Positions 13,597 through 27,105 of a DNA stretch of 64,000 nucleotides are shown here, in pieces. The stretch lies in contig NC_086097.1 in assembly GCF_963921235.1 (NCBI RefSeq), positions 133,116,001-133,180,000 on the forward strand. Direction: 5' to 3'. Made by a program: the position numbers and the translations under genes. The notes beneath the pieces are model-generated. The model saw only the letters and a list, made by a program, of their open reading frames with translations, had not been told where the DNA came from and made no database searches. The first letter of the stretch is position 1. Every line of letters begins with the position of its first letter. This DNA comes from Mobula hypostoma (taxonomy: Eukaryota).

Positions 13597-16500
13597 AGCC
13601 ATACAGCACTGTAACAGGCTCTATAAACTCTACTTATGGCAGTAAGGGTGGTCATTTAGATGTGAAATGGTCTGAGTTGTTCTTTAAGTAAAAGCTGGTG
13701 TAGAAAAGTGATATTTATTCAGTGAATGAGTACTGTTAGACTTGATCTTTATCTTCCACTGCAGAATCCAGATCATGTGCTTGAAAATGAGTGAGTGAGT
13801 GCTGTCCATCACTGTTTCATTTTGTATACTCCACCCAACCAGTTCCACTGAATACCATGATAACAAACGGGGTGTCGTCTAGAATCAACCACTGATGGTT
13901 TATTCAAATCAATTTTGTTTTCTTGGAAAAACTGGCGTATTTCCTCAACATTGGTAGTATCTACAAGAGGTGTTAGCTCAAGAAAGCGAGGGTTGGCGCA
14001 ACATTGTGGGCCGAAGAACAGTACAGCACAGTACAGGCCCTATGTTCTATGTTCTATCAGAGACCCCAATCATCCAGGCCATGCTATCTTCTTGCAGATA
14101 TCATTGGGCAGGAGATGCAGAAGCCTGAAGTCCCAAGAACAACTACTTCCCTTCAACCATTTGGTTCTTGAACCAACCAGCACAACCTTAATCACTAGCC
14201 CAGTTTCATGACACTTTGTCACTTAGTACTACAGTAGGTTTTGATTTTTTTTCCTGTTCTACTTGTGCTCTTTCTTGTAAAAAATTATGAATGGTTTTCT
14301 TGTCAATGCTGCTTATCTGATCAATTGTGCCTGTGATGCTGCTACAAGTATGTTTTTCTTATACCTGTGCACTTGTGCATTTGGCAGGACATTTAACTTA
14401 TTTTCGTATCACCCATTCAGATGAATAGGCCCACAACAGTCCAACATGAGGGGCCAGACAGAGGTGTTTCAGACATCTGTCCATCCAGTCGTTCACATAG
14501 ATTCATTGGCAGGGTTGGATGCAATCTCACCCAGCTTTCAGTGCATTCCATACTACCCACTGCAGTGTAGACATGACCCTGGCCAGCCATGACTACAGTT
14601 GTAAGTCATAGGACCACATGACATCGAAATAGGCCCATTGATCTATCATACCCACGCCAACCATCAAGTGCACATCTACAATTGTATTTCGCCAATTTTT
14701 CTCTCTGGCATCAGCCTCCTTGACCCTTACCAACCCTATTTGAAATGGCCAATCAACCAACAGCACGTGGGGAGAAAGTGAAGCACCTCGGGGAGACTTG
14801 CGTGGTCACGGTTAGAAGATGCAAGCTCTACACGGATAGCATCCACAGCCAGGATTGAACCTGAGTCACTGGAGCAGTGAGGCAGCACTTTGTCCAGCTC
14901 CCTCTTGCTCCATGTGTGTTTCCTTCCAGGTATGTACCTGTCCCGCCATGGACAGGCCCTCCATTATCTACTTCTGAACAACCACCTGTTAATAGCACCT
15001 ATACTGGCATCTCATAACCTCCAAAAACCTGCAAGCCTTTTCCTTTGTATATCTTCAGTCTCCTCTCTGTCATTTTTTTTTCAAGTGGCTCTTAACATAT
15101 TCTCTTGGTCAAATCTATTTTGTTTTCAGTTCACCATCACTCGAGCAGTCTGGTTTTGGCACTAGTTTCCCGTTTCTGTGAATACAGCAAGCCTTTATTC
15201 AGCTGAATTATTCTAGGGATTGAGAAAAGATTGTCATCCATTCACTGTGAGGAGAGAGGAGTTTCTCCCTGCTATCCTGGCCCTTACTTATGTCTCTACC
15301 TCCATCACTAACATGTATATCAAAATAAAATCTGGTCCTAATCACATTGTTGCTTTTGTGTTTTTCTACACACAATATGACTATCATTTTTAATATTGCA
15401 ACAATGGACGTTTCAAGAGTATTTAAAAGACAGTATGTGCTCTGGAGCCTTGGGATAATAGCAAATCAGTAGAGGGATGTAAATCCTACTTTATTTCAAG
15501 TACTCTTCATTTGCTGAGTGTTACAAGCAAGGACACTTAGTTCATTCAGCTTTCAAAGGGCAGTCTGTGCAGTAATGTATTTCAACCAAATGTTGTGCAA
15601 GCATGTACAGATGGTCCCGTGGGAAGTGCGATCGCTGTGAACAACATATAGTGAACAGCTTTAATTGGTGTCAATCGACCTGCCTGTGCACGTGTGTCCA
15701 TGGATTTCAAGATAATCCACATTTGATTGCTGGATTACTTATTTCCTTGAATCAAAATGTGAACTTTTTTGTTAAAATTGCTGCTTTTGTTAGTACAGAG
15801 CTTATAATTAAAGTTTACATAAATTTAGTGGAGGGAAAGGATGGATGACTTAATAAGAGTATCTAAGATTATAAGGAGCATAACATAAAGAATTAGAATT
15901 TGTTTCCCGTGGTAGGGTATTAAAAAGCAAGAGGGCATAGGCTTAAGTTTAAAAGAAGGAACTCTAAAAGTGACATGGAGGCCGGCTATTTGGTTTATAT
16001 CTGGAGTCACATACAATTATGACACAGAACATCAGAATCAAAATCGGGTTTAATATCACTGGTGTATGTCGTGAAATTAAGCCTCATCCTGGTGTTAGGT
16101 GTCACAATAATCAACATTTGATTTTTGGGTTACTTATTTCCTCTAATCATAATGGGAACTTTGTTTCATAACAGAATAAAATTGCTGCTTTTGTTTTTGT
16201 ACAATGAGTTCATTTAAAATGTCCAGTCAGTACATTTAAGCACTCGAATAGGCACCTGATTCTGCTCAAAGCAGGCAAATGGGATTGGTGTAGATGATAA
16301 GGTTGACATGGATGTGGTGGACTCTGTGTAGTTTGACTCTGACTTTGTCACTTTAATTGCATGGGTAATTTGCCCCTTAAGTTGGTGCTTTCCTGAATTT
16401 TATTAATATTGGAGTTTGCTTTAAATATATATTTACTACAGCACAGAAAAAAGTCAGTAATTAACCTAATGACACCTAATCCCTTAAGATGCACATGGTC

Positions 16501-18230
16501 CATATCCTCCATTCTCTGCAGATCATTGTTCCTATCTACACAATTATCATATCAGCTTCCACAGCCACCCCTGACAGTGCATTCCAGACACCCACCTTTG
16601 TGTTTTTTCAAAATTTTAAACTTGCTGTGCACATCTCCTTTGAACATGGCATCTAATTTGGACAGCATCCTGGTAAACCTCTACTGCACCCTTTCCAAAG
16701 CTTTCAAATAGTACACGTGTGGGTGACTCAAATTGAATGCATTTACTGTAAATTTTATTGTTTTAAATGCTTCTGCTGTCAGGATTTTAATAAAAGTGGT
16801 TAATGTTGCACTCTTAGTCTATGGGCTAAAGATTTAAAAACTGTTGGAAGATTCTTTAGCACAAAGACAAAACAACTGTATAAGCTCGAGTGTTGGAATC
16901 ACTCAGCAGGTCAGGCAGCTTCTGTGGAGCCAGAAACTGTTTGGATCGGTGACCTTTTATTTTTGGAACTACTGAGTGCTGAAGTTCCTGTCAGTTACAA
17001 AGTCAAAGTTCAGTTCCTTGTCACGACTGCACAAGTGCAATGAAAAAGTTACGGCATTGCCCCGCGGGCAAGTAGCAGCATAACAGCGTTCACAAGTAAA
17101 AACGTAAACTGTTCATAACTTTTGAGCCTTGCACTGTGCATGTCTGCAAAGGGGATTTCACTGTGACGTGTTATTTTAAGAAACAGAGCAAGAAGGGAGA
17201 TGAAGTGAGGAGCGAGTCGGTCTGAATATAGTGTGGGGGGGGCGGTGCTATAGTTTTCCCACTTCATATGTGTCATTATGTAAACTTTCCAGTACCCAAA
17301 CAGTTTGGGAAAGAAGAGAGCACAGTCATTCTCCTGTCTTTGACCCATAGCTGCCTGCCCTTGGATGAAAGGAAGTGGTGCAGTGTTCTGCTGTGAGTCA
17401 GACATGGGGCATGAATATTGGACGTATCAGAGACTCTCTGAGCATTGGGCAGTCATTTGTTCTTGCAGGCCAGCTGAGATCTGGTGGAACCAAACAGTCA
17501 CTGAAACTAGACTGTCTTAAAGAGTGGGGGGGGGCGGGGGGGAAATACTAGCATTTTAAAAAATTGAAAGTACTGACACAAGCGTATGCATAGTGCGTTC
17601 ATGCTTGTCATCGTTCAACTGTATACATGTACACAATATTCAAATCTCTACTTTCAATAAAACATGAGTGAGGGAGGAGTTGCAGTGCATGTAGGGAGCT
17701 GCAGAAAGAAAATCCAATCTCTGAATCTGTACTAGAGAAAAAATTCTGAAGCTGGTATCTTCGTGTTGTAATGAGCAAACAACATGAATACTAACGCAGG
17801 CTGTGACAGAGGAACAGATGGGGAAACTTTAAGCAAAGCTGAAACTGATTATTGAAAGCAGCACATGCTGGAAACACAGCAGAATAGGCAGCATCTGTGG
17901 TGAGAGAAACGGTTAACATTTCAGGTCAAAGATGTTTCATTCCTTGGTTAATGTGGTAATAGACCATGCTCCAAATTACTCCAGTGTATATGAAACAAGC
18001 TAACAATTTACCCTGAAAATATAATATCTTTTCCCAGAACAAGTAATTTGAACTCAAGATTTCTTAGTACACAGATCTATGCAGCAGTTTGTACTTTCTG
18101 GGCCAGTCAAAACTTTCAACACTGGCAGTAAACCGTGTAATTTTAGCCATTTTGTGATATGTGATACACTTAGAATCTGACTGTTGAAAGCTACTAAACA
18201 GACCTGGCCTAAAACATTGACTGTTTAGTC

Positions 18231-19467
18231 CAGGGGTCCCCAACCTTTCTCGCACTGCGGACTGGTTTCATATCGACAATATTCTTGCGGACGGGCCGAC
18301 CGGGGGTGGGGGGGGGGGGGTGGGGTTGCCAACCGACAGGAGTAGCAGTCAAATACGTTGTGTTTACCCCGAGAAAGACTACAATGACCATGAAGCCTTG
18401 CGCGGGCACTAGTGCGCATGCGTAACTTGCGTATGCGTGTTCGGCCCGATTTCTTAAAAACCGTTTTTGCCGATTCTGTTGCCGGCGGGGGCGGGGGTGG
18501 GTGGGGTGTTAATCACAACCGGAATATTGGTGATAAGTGGCTAATACACTCAATTTCGTTTCTAAAAGGGTTTATCTAACGAATTTACTATTAAACACGC
18601 AGTGCATATTTTCCTCGCATGAATATAGCGATAAGACAATTATCAGGGGAGGACAGGGGAGCTTGAAATAAGTGTTGAATGAACTTCCAGTAGAAGTGGT
18701 AGAAGCAAGTTCGATATTATCATTTAAAGAAAATTTGGATAGGTATATGGATGGGAAAGGAATGAAGGGTTATGGGGCTGAGTGCAGGTCGGTGGGATGA
18801 GGTGAGAGTAGCGTTCGGCACGGACTAGAAGGGCTGACATGGCCTGTTTCCATGCCGTAATTGTTATATGGTTCTATAAGTCACTTATAATAGCATCATA
18901 ACATTTTAAGTAACGTTTGGATATTAAACATACAGCACATATTTTCCTCGTATGAACATATAAAAACATTGAAACACACCAATATCGCTGAATCAGTGGG
19001 AGCCCTGGGGTTGTTTTCCTACAACAAGACGGTCCTATCGAGGGGTGATAGGAGACAGCAATACTCGAAGGGGGTTCCTTATGTCCAGTCTATTCCACAA
19101 TTCAGTTTTTGTTACATTCATCACAGAGATATGTTGGAAATGGAAGCAACGTTTTTAGTGCTTTCGTAGCTATCTCAGGATATTCAGCCTTGACTTTGAT
19201 CCGGAATGCCGGCAGAGCTGTGATGTCAAACATACTTTTCAGCCTGCCCTCATTTGTAAGCTCGAGGAGTTGATCTCTTTCCCGCGCTGACACGGATGAC
19301 GCGCGGGTAATGAGCTCGTGTGTGTTCGAGCCCAACAGTGGGCGTGACAGGGAATGAGGAAAGGCGCAGCTGGCTCGTATCACCAAATCATATCGTTTCC
19401 TCACGGCCCGGTAGCACATGCCTTGCGGCCCAGTACCGGTCCGCAGCCTGGTGGTTGGGGACCGCTG
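18231..19467 (-). mobile_element. hAT-Charlie type deletion derivative (1237 bp) with transposase C-terminal remnant
   Basis: TIRs caggggtccccaacc / ggttggggaccgctg; TSD gtttagtc / gcttagtc (7/8); ORF 19102-19419 contains IKVKAEYPEIATKALKTLLPFPTYLC (hAT dimerisation domain-like). Confidence 0.9.
18645..18880 (+). mobile_element. CR1 3' fragment nested in the Charlie element
   Basis: NELPVEVVEASSILSFKENLDRYMDGKG-type CR1 C-terminus with ttatatggttctat tail; flanked by an imperfect duplication ataagacaattat / ataagtcacttat. Confidence 0.75.
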
Positions 19468-20597
19468 GCTTAGTCCTCTGCATAGATGCTACCTGACCTG
19501 CAAAGTTCTGCCAGCACTTTGTCTGTGTATTGCTCAAGCTTTCCAGCATCTGCAGAATCTCTTGTTTTGGATCATTTCTGGTGCTGGATTCTGGTCTGCA
19601 CTGAACAAGTCTGAGGAAATGGATTGACTGGATTTGTTTTACTTGGATGAGAGGAGGTTGGGAACCTGATTGAGGTATACAAAATTGGAGTGGCCAAGAA
19701 AGGGATAGATTGCAAGAGGACATTGCAGAGGTGTTTAAGACCAGAGGAAAGGGGTTTGAAGTGGATATGAGGTAGATTTTTTTTCAGCCAGATGATGTGG
19801 TTGGGATCTGGAATGCACTGCCTGAAAGGAGGGTGGTAGCAGATATACTCCTAACTTTTAAGAAGCACCTGGGTGAGCAATTCTGTGGCCAAGACATGGG
19901 AGCTATGAAGTAAGTGCTGGTGAATGGAATTAGAAAGTGACTTGATGGTTGGCTTCAGTATGGTGGGCCTCTTCCTGTGGTTTATGACCACAGTTCTAAA
20001 GTTATCAAGTGATCACTTCGTGTCAGACCAGACAGATAGCTGCACTCTTTTTAAACGAGCATGCTCACACTAGAGGGCTTGAGAGCAAATGTCATAAGAT
20101 GGATGTGAGCCAGAAGCTGTCAGTGTGGTGTTCATGGGAGAGGGTTGAATCCTTGGTGAGGCACAGTTCATGCAAGTCCTTGAGCTCTGTATGAGCTTTG
20201 GTTTGGTAACTGAGCAGTGTCAAGTTAAATCTGAACCAGTTTACTCACAATTGGAACATGGAATCGTGCTCTATGGATACCGAACCTCATTCATACCATT
20301 ATTAAGCAACCACGAATGCAATTTCCATACCTTTCCTCATATCCACCTCAGCACCCTCTCCCTGCTATTTGTCACTGTGCTAATGGTCATTTACAGCATC
20401 CAATTAATCTACAAATAAGCACACCTCTGGAATGTGGGAGGAAACTGAAGTATATTTGGGAATCTCTCAGCTACAAGGAGAACATGCTAACTGCACATAG
20501 GTGAGAGAGTACTGAAGGATGAGTTTGAACCTGGGTGTGTGGAGAGATAGGCAACAGCAATAACTCCTATTCCTCATAGAAGTTAGGAGAATAGTAC

Positions 20598-21130
20598 AAA
20601 GTAAATTTTATTATCAAAGTACATATACTGTATGTTACCACATACAACTCAGATTCATTTTCTCCTGGACCTACTCAACAAATCTATAGAATAATAACCT
20701 TAAAAGAATCAGTGAAAGATCTCCCCCCCCCCACCCCCCACACACACACGCCCAAACTAGGGCATTCAACCAGAGTGCAGAAGACAGCAAACTGTGCAAA
20801 TGCAAAAAGATAAAACAATAATATAAATAAGCAATAAATATCAAGAGCATGATGTGAAGAGTCCTTGAAAATGAGTCCATTGGTTGTGGGAACATTTCAA
20901 TGATGGGGCAATTGAAATTGAGTGAAATTGCCCCCTTTTTGTTTGAGAGCCTGATGGTTGAGGGGTAGTAACTGTTCTTAAACCTGGTAGTGGGAGTCCT
21001 GGGGCTCCTGTACTATCTTCCTGATGGGAGCAGCAAGAAGAGAGCATGTCCTGGGTAGTGGGGGCCCCTGATGGTGGATGCCGCTTTCTTGCAACAGCAT
21101 TTCATATAGATATGCTTAATGGTTGGGATG
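20598..21130 (-). mobile_element. Rex1/Babar-like 3' end
   Basis: CCKKAASTIRGPHYPGHALFLLLPSGR; 3'UTR shared with 56255-56700 and 1-170. Confidence 0.75.
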
Positions 21131-24100
21131 GGAGTAAGCCATTCAGCCCTTATCCTCTCCAAAAGCAATTGTAGCGAATGTCCAAGTACCAAGCTCCCAC
21201 TCTCTCCCAATATCCCTCTTGCTTCTGTTGAATCTTGTTTGTGTCTGCACATTTATAAGCACCAAGTATGTTGTCATGAGAGAAATTTTGAGCAATATTG
21301 CTTTTACATTTCCTTTCATTCTCCAGAACCCTTGAATTTAAAGCCTTTCTTAAAATGAAATCCTAATAGTTGAGGGCAGATTATTTTAAATGAATTGGGA
21401 GTGTAGTAATCTGTATCAGGAATACTGACTAATACAACACCATAGTCCATTTTGCATCCTCTGCTGTTTTAAGTTGTTACTCTACCTTTCCATTTATAGA
21501 GAACCACAGAGCTGGAGAATCCCTCCTTTCCAGGGTCGCTTGTAGTTGGAGACGTTCAATTATTCCTTGCAACTCAATAATTCACTGGATCCTGGGGTTT
21601 TGTAAGTTGAAGCTCAAAGGCTGAGGTTCACCTTCCGGGGCACCCAGTTTGTCCAAGAGATGTCAGTCGGTGGTTTGTGGGCCTGTCAATCAGCAAGGCT
21701 CTCTGCCATTCCAGCCCCCCTTCCCAAATAAGGAATGGTATAGATGGTTGCGATTGACACCACAGACTCTGACCCAACATGTGTGCACATCTCTGCAATC
21801 CTCCCTCTTGAAAGTGGGGAATGAAAACAATATAGCAGCACAACTAGTAGAGCCGCTGCCTCATCATTCCAGAAAGCTGGTGTCGATTCTGACCTCTGTG
21901 GCTGTCTCTGTGGAGTTTGCATATCCCGAAGACGTGCGGTTGGTATGTTAGCTGTTACTCATAGTGTCAATGGGTAGTAGAACATTGAGGGACTTTATGG
22001 AAAGGTGGAAAGACAAGGCTACAGTTAAAATTGTGTAATGGGATTTACTATGAGCTGACGTAGACTCTAGGACCATATATGTAAGTGTATATTCTTAGTT
22101 CGGTGAACGATTGGTCCGTTTGCTAATGGTCATTTCAATGAGATTGCTTGCCAAACCTGGTTCTGCAGTTAAATTCAATGAGCAGATTACTTTAAATGGG
22201 GCATTGCTGCATGCTCAGTGGTCTTGTGTGTGAGAGAGATCACAGTGAGGTGCTGCTCTTGGGTGCATTGTTTAGTCATATTGTCTGTCAAAGAGTTTAG
22301 ACATAAGAGAATGCAAGTGTTGGAATCTCAAGTTTAGAAAAAAAGATAATTATTTGGAGGTACAGCGTGGAATAGGCCTGTTAGGGTTAACAAGCTGCAC
22401 TGTCCCAGCAATGCATGTGTTTAACTCTAGCTTAATCACAGGACAATTTATAATGACTATTTAACCTACTAACTGGTATGTCTTTGGAGGAAACTGGAGC
22501 ATCTGGAGGAAACCTGTGCATTTGTGAGCAGGACATACCAACTCCTTACAGACAGCATCAGAACTGAACTTCAAACGCCACCCCAAATTCTAATAGTGCT
22601 GCACTGGCCGCTGCACTACCATGGCACCCCAAAAGTAAGATGCCGGCAGACCTGAGCAGGTCAGGTCACAACCGTGGCAGGAAATGAACAGTCCGTGTTT
22701 CCGGTCGAGACCTTTCATTTGGACTGAGCGGTCCAGTTGAAGGGTCTTGTCCTAAAACAATGACTGGCCATTTCCCTCTACAGATGCCACCTGACCCACT
22801 GAGTTTCTCCAACATCTTGCCTTTCAGTTTGAAGAATGTTCTTTGTGGTTAGTTTGACATCAAATAAGTGCCAAAGGCTATTTGTTATCTCCTGAGTTGA
22901 TTGTCATGCCAGCAAATAAGATAATTATCTAGCACCTGTAGTTTTGGCAATGCTTTGCAACCCAGCAGACATTCATGTTATTGTACTAATGTTGCAATCC
23001 TGACTTGCATGTCTCACTGCCTCAGTAAAGCAAGCTGCCAACATGTTCAAAGATCCCACCAACCTCAGATATTTTCTCTTCTTCCCCCTCCCATCGGGCA
23101 GATGATACAAAAGCCTGAAAATACATAGTGCCAGGCTAAAGAACAGCTTCTAGCCCACTGTTATAAGACTTGAATAGACCTCTTATAAGGTGGACTCCTG
23201 ATCTCACAATTTGCCTTGTCATGGCCTCGCACTTTATAACTATAGTACGTATTCTGTTGTTGCTTCCTTTTTCTACGACCTTAATGTATTGATGTGACGA
23301 ACTGATCTCCGTGTATGGAATGCAAAGCAAATGCTCTTCACCTTACCTCAGCATGTGATTGATAATAAACCAGTTTACCAATTAAGGAGTGATATGCTAT
23401 GGCTCAACGTTCACTGTTTATGATCCCTGCTGCAGGTTCTTTATCTAAACCCGAACATGGTTAGTTTGAAATCTACTCCAGAGACTAGAGCACATTTACC
23501 AGAGCGGCTCTCCCCACACCCTTACTGAAGGCAGGGGTCTGATGCCCCACCCATCGGATAACATGTTATTCCAAAAGCACTCTGTATGGAGTTTGCATGA
23601 TGTTCCTTTCGTATCCCAAAAAGTGCTAGTAGGTTAACTGGTTGCTATCAATGACCCCTTAATGTCGCTAAGGGGCAAAGGAATCAAAGGCTAATGGCCA
23701 TGTGGGAGAGAGCAAGTAGCAGAATATGTAGGAAGAGGACGTGTATCTGTTGACCAGTGGCCGAAAGTCTCCTTAGTGTGGTACATAGGTGAACCTGCTA
23801 CATTGTAACAGTGAGCATATTTCAAATACATATTCCTTGTTTCTCACCTGCACTGGGGAAATCAAGACTTCATAAAGGTCACCACAGGAATTTATACTTG
23901 TGGATCACTGATCTGTGTTGCTTTAGTCCTTCAGTGAAAATAGCTTTCATAAATAAAATATAGCCAGATGACAAAGCAAATCAAAACTCACCAGTACGCC
24001 AGTTAATCTATTTGCTGTACTTGGGGTGTTCGTGTTTGCCGAGCCAGTGAAGCAGTACACCATCACAGATATCCGGCCAGTCCTGAGAATGACAGGTTTA

Positions 24101-27100
24101 ATGTACGAGGACTGTTTGATGTTTCTGGGTCTGTACAGTACTTATTGGAGTTCAGAAGGATGGGGGGGAGGGGCTTCCCACTGAAGCTTTTCAAATACTG
24201 AAAGGCCTGAAGAGAATGGGTGTAGAGAGGATGCTTCCATTAGTAGGAGAATCTCAGAATAAAGAATATCCTTAAAACTGAGGAGGAGTTTTTTCCGTCA
24301 GATGGTGTTAATCTTTGTAATTTATTGCCAGTGGCGGCCTGGTCATTTGGTGTAATGAAGGCAGAGACTGGTAAATGGATTAAGAATAATGGGGATAAGG
24401 TGAGAGAATGGGGTTTGAAAAACATCAGCCATATTTGAATGGGGCAGACTTGATGGCCCAAATGGCCAGATTCTGCTCCTATATCTTAAGGTCTTAATCA
24501 GAGTCCAGAATGTAATGACTTCTTTCGGAGCTAATACAGAATAGACCTTTGTTCCTAGGAACTCATCCTGAGTGCAAAATGAGGAGGCAGCTCTGTTCCC
24601 TCTAAGCTGCACGGGAGCATGACGGCGCGGTAGCTGAAATGTTCCCATGCACATAGTCTTTGTTGCCACACAGCTAGAGTTGGATACAGTTAGAAAAAGT
24701 TGACAAAACACGAAAGATTTTCTGTTGCACAGAACCATTTTTTCTTTAAATACTGTTCTGAACTGGGATGGATTTTTTTTTTGCTACTTTGCACTGTGAC
24801 ATTTCATTCTAAATTATGCAATGTGACATACAGAAAATGGGTTATAAATTTTAGGAATGACAGAGTCAGAGCGTGACATTGTCTGATGCCACAGTACTCC
24901 CTTGTGTTTTAATCACTATTTTTTGATTATATTTTTTAGTGTCAGAAATAGCACTGAACTGGGATGAATGTGAATGAATTATCTGAGGGTTTGCGCCAGT
25001 TCTGCTGATGATTATTATTATTATTGTAGGCTGCTGGTCTCAGACTGACCTCCTGTCATCCATCAAAATAAGAGTCCAATTATTCTTCCCCAAGTTAGCA
25101 TGTTAGGTTGAAAAGGAGACACAAGACTGCAGATGCTGGAATCTGCAGAAACAAGCAATCCAGTGGTGGAACTCAGTGGGTCGAAGAGCATCTGTGAGAG
25201 GAAAGAAATTGAAGATGTTTTTAGTTGAAACCCTGCTTCAAGACTGAGAAAGATACTGTAGACAAAAAGGACACTGATTTTAGAGTTTAGGGTAAGAGAT
25301 ACCAGAAGAAGCAAGGATTATTTTTTTTTAATTCACCCTTATTTTTAAGAGGTACAACATGGTTACAGGTCCTTCTGGCCCCAAGAGCCCACACCACCCA
25401 TTTACACCCATGTGACCAATTGACCCTTGTGGGCAGAAACTGGAGTACAGGGAGGGAGCCTACGTGCTCCTGGGGAGAATGTACAAACTCCTTGCAGACA
25501 GCAGCAAATCTGACCCAACATGTATTGCCATTACTGCAATTCTGTCACTTGAAAATCGCGATGAAGGCCACTTAGCAACAGAACTAGTAGAGCTACTGCC
25601 TCAGATTCTATCGTCTGCAGCACTTTCATGTCTCCACCTATCATCTCCCAGCTTATGTCGTTTTCTTCATCTCCCTGTCCCTAACCTTATTCCTTCATTT
25701 GCACATCAACCCCAGCTCACCTGGATCCACGTGTCCAGATGAAGGCTGGATCCAAAATGTCAACTGGTCATTTTCCTTTAAGATGCTGCTTGATCCACTG
25801 ATTTCCTCCAGCAGATTGTTAGTTGCTCCAGATTCCAGTATCTGCAGTCTCTTGTCTCTGCCTATCACAATGCCAGATCCTGCCTCACTCCTTCCCGATC
25901 TCTATACTGGCTAACATCTGTCTACATTGTCAGTCCTGATGCACAGCCATTTTGCCTCCAGTAGCTGGTTGTTTGCCCCATCTGTAGTTCTTCCAGGTAC
26001 ATATTTTGGATACGGCAGCTGGTCTGCCTGAGACTGCAAGACATTGCAGAGTTGTGAACACAGCCCAGTCCGTCAAGCAAACCAGTCTCCCCTCTCTTGA
26101 CTCTGTCCACACTTCCTGCTGCTTTGGGGAGATAGCTAACATAATCAAGGACCCACCCTACCCTGATCATTTTCTCTTCTCTTTTCCCCTCTCCCATCAG
26201 GCAAAAAGTACCGAACCAAGGACAGATTCTATCCTGTTATCAGACTCTTGTGCACTAAAGCTGTATTCTTGGTCTCCCACTTTACCTCTCCGTGGCCCTT
26301 ACACTTTTTGTTTGCCTGCATTTCTCTGCAACACTATCTGCTGCATTCTATTTCTATTTAATACTATATTAGGAACTCAGTAGGTCGGGCAGCATCTATG
26401 GAAATGTGGAAACTATTGTCGTTTTGGGTCAGGACCCTTCTTCAAGACTGGAGGTCTTAGCCTGAAACATTGGCTCTTTGTTCATTTCCATTGATGCTGC
26501 CTGACCTGCTGAGTTCCTCCAGCATTTTGTATTTGGTGCTTTGAATGTCCAGCATATGCAGAATTACTTGTGTTTAGATATGACATTGTTTTCTTTCTAT
26601 CATTTTCATTGCACCTTAGCACAATTGACAATAATAAACTAAATCTAATTTGTAGCACAGGAAATTTGTACTGACTACAGCTCTTTATTAAAAATGAGTT
26701 TATTAAGGAAGGTAGCAAGCAGTAGAAGAACTTTGATAGGCTTGGAGATACAATTATTGATTCTAATGGATCTTTTAAGCCCCCACCCTGTACAATCCTG
26801 TGTTTTCTGAATGTACTGGAAATGACTAGAGTGCACATTGATAATTTTAATGTTGTTTCAGGGCTCTGGAAAAAACGAGATACGTCAAGCTTTGGAAGCA
26901 TTAGGACTGACCTTGGTGGCTAAGGGATTGAAACTTCCAGCATCATAGCATGTTTATATTTTGCTGCAAGTTTAATTTCTGACGTCTTTTCAAGCTTGAA
27001 TTTGAATCCTGTTTTAGGTGAGTGTGGTTCCTGCAACTCCCCCATTCCTTTTTTTTTGTGTGATTGATTTTAGGAATTGGTATGCCATCTCTGTGGATGC

Positions 27101-27105
27101 ACAAA

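Noticed and set aside
19102..19419. Exon of a domesticated ZBED/SCAND-like gene
   Set aside because: Lies between TIRs and a TSD, is truncated and frameshifted.
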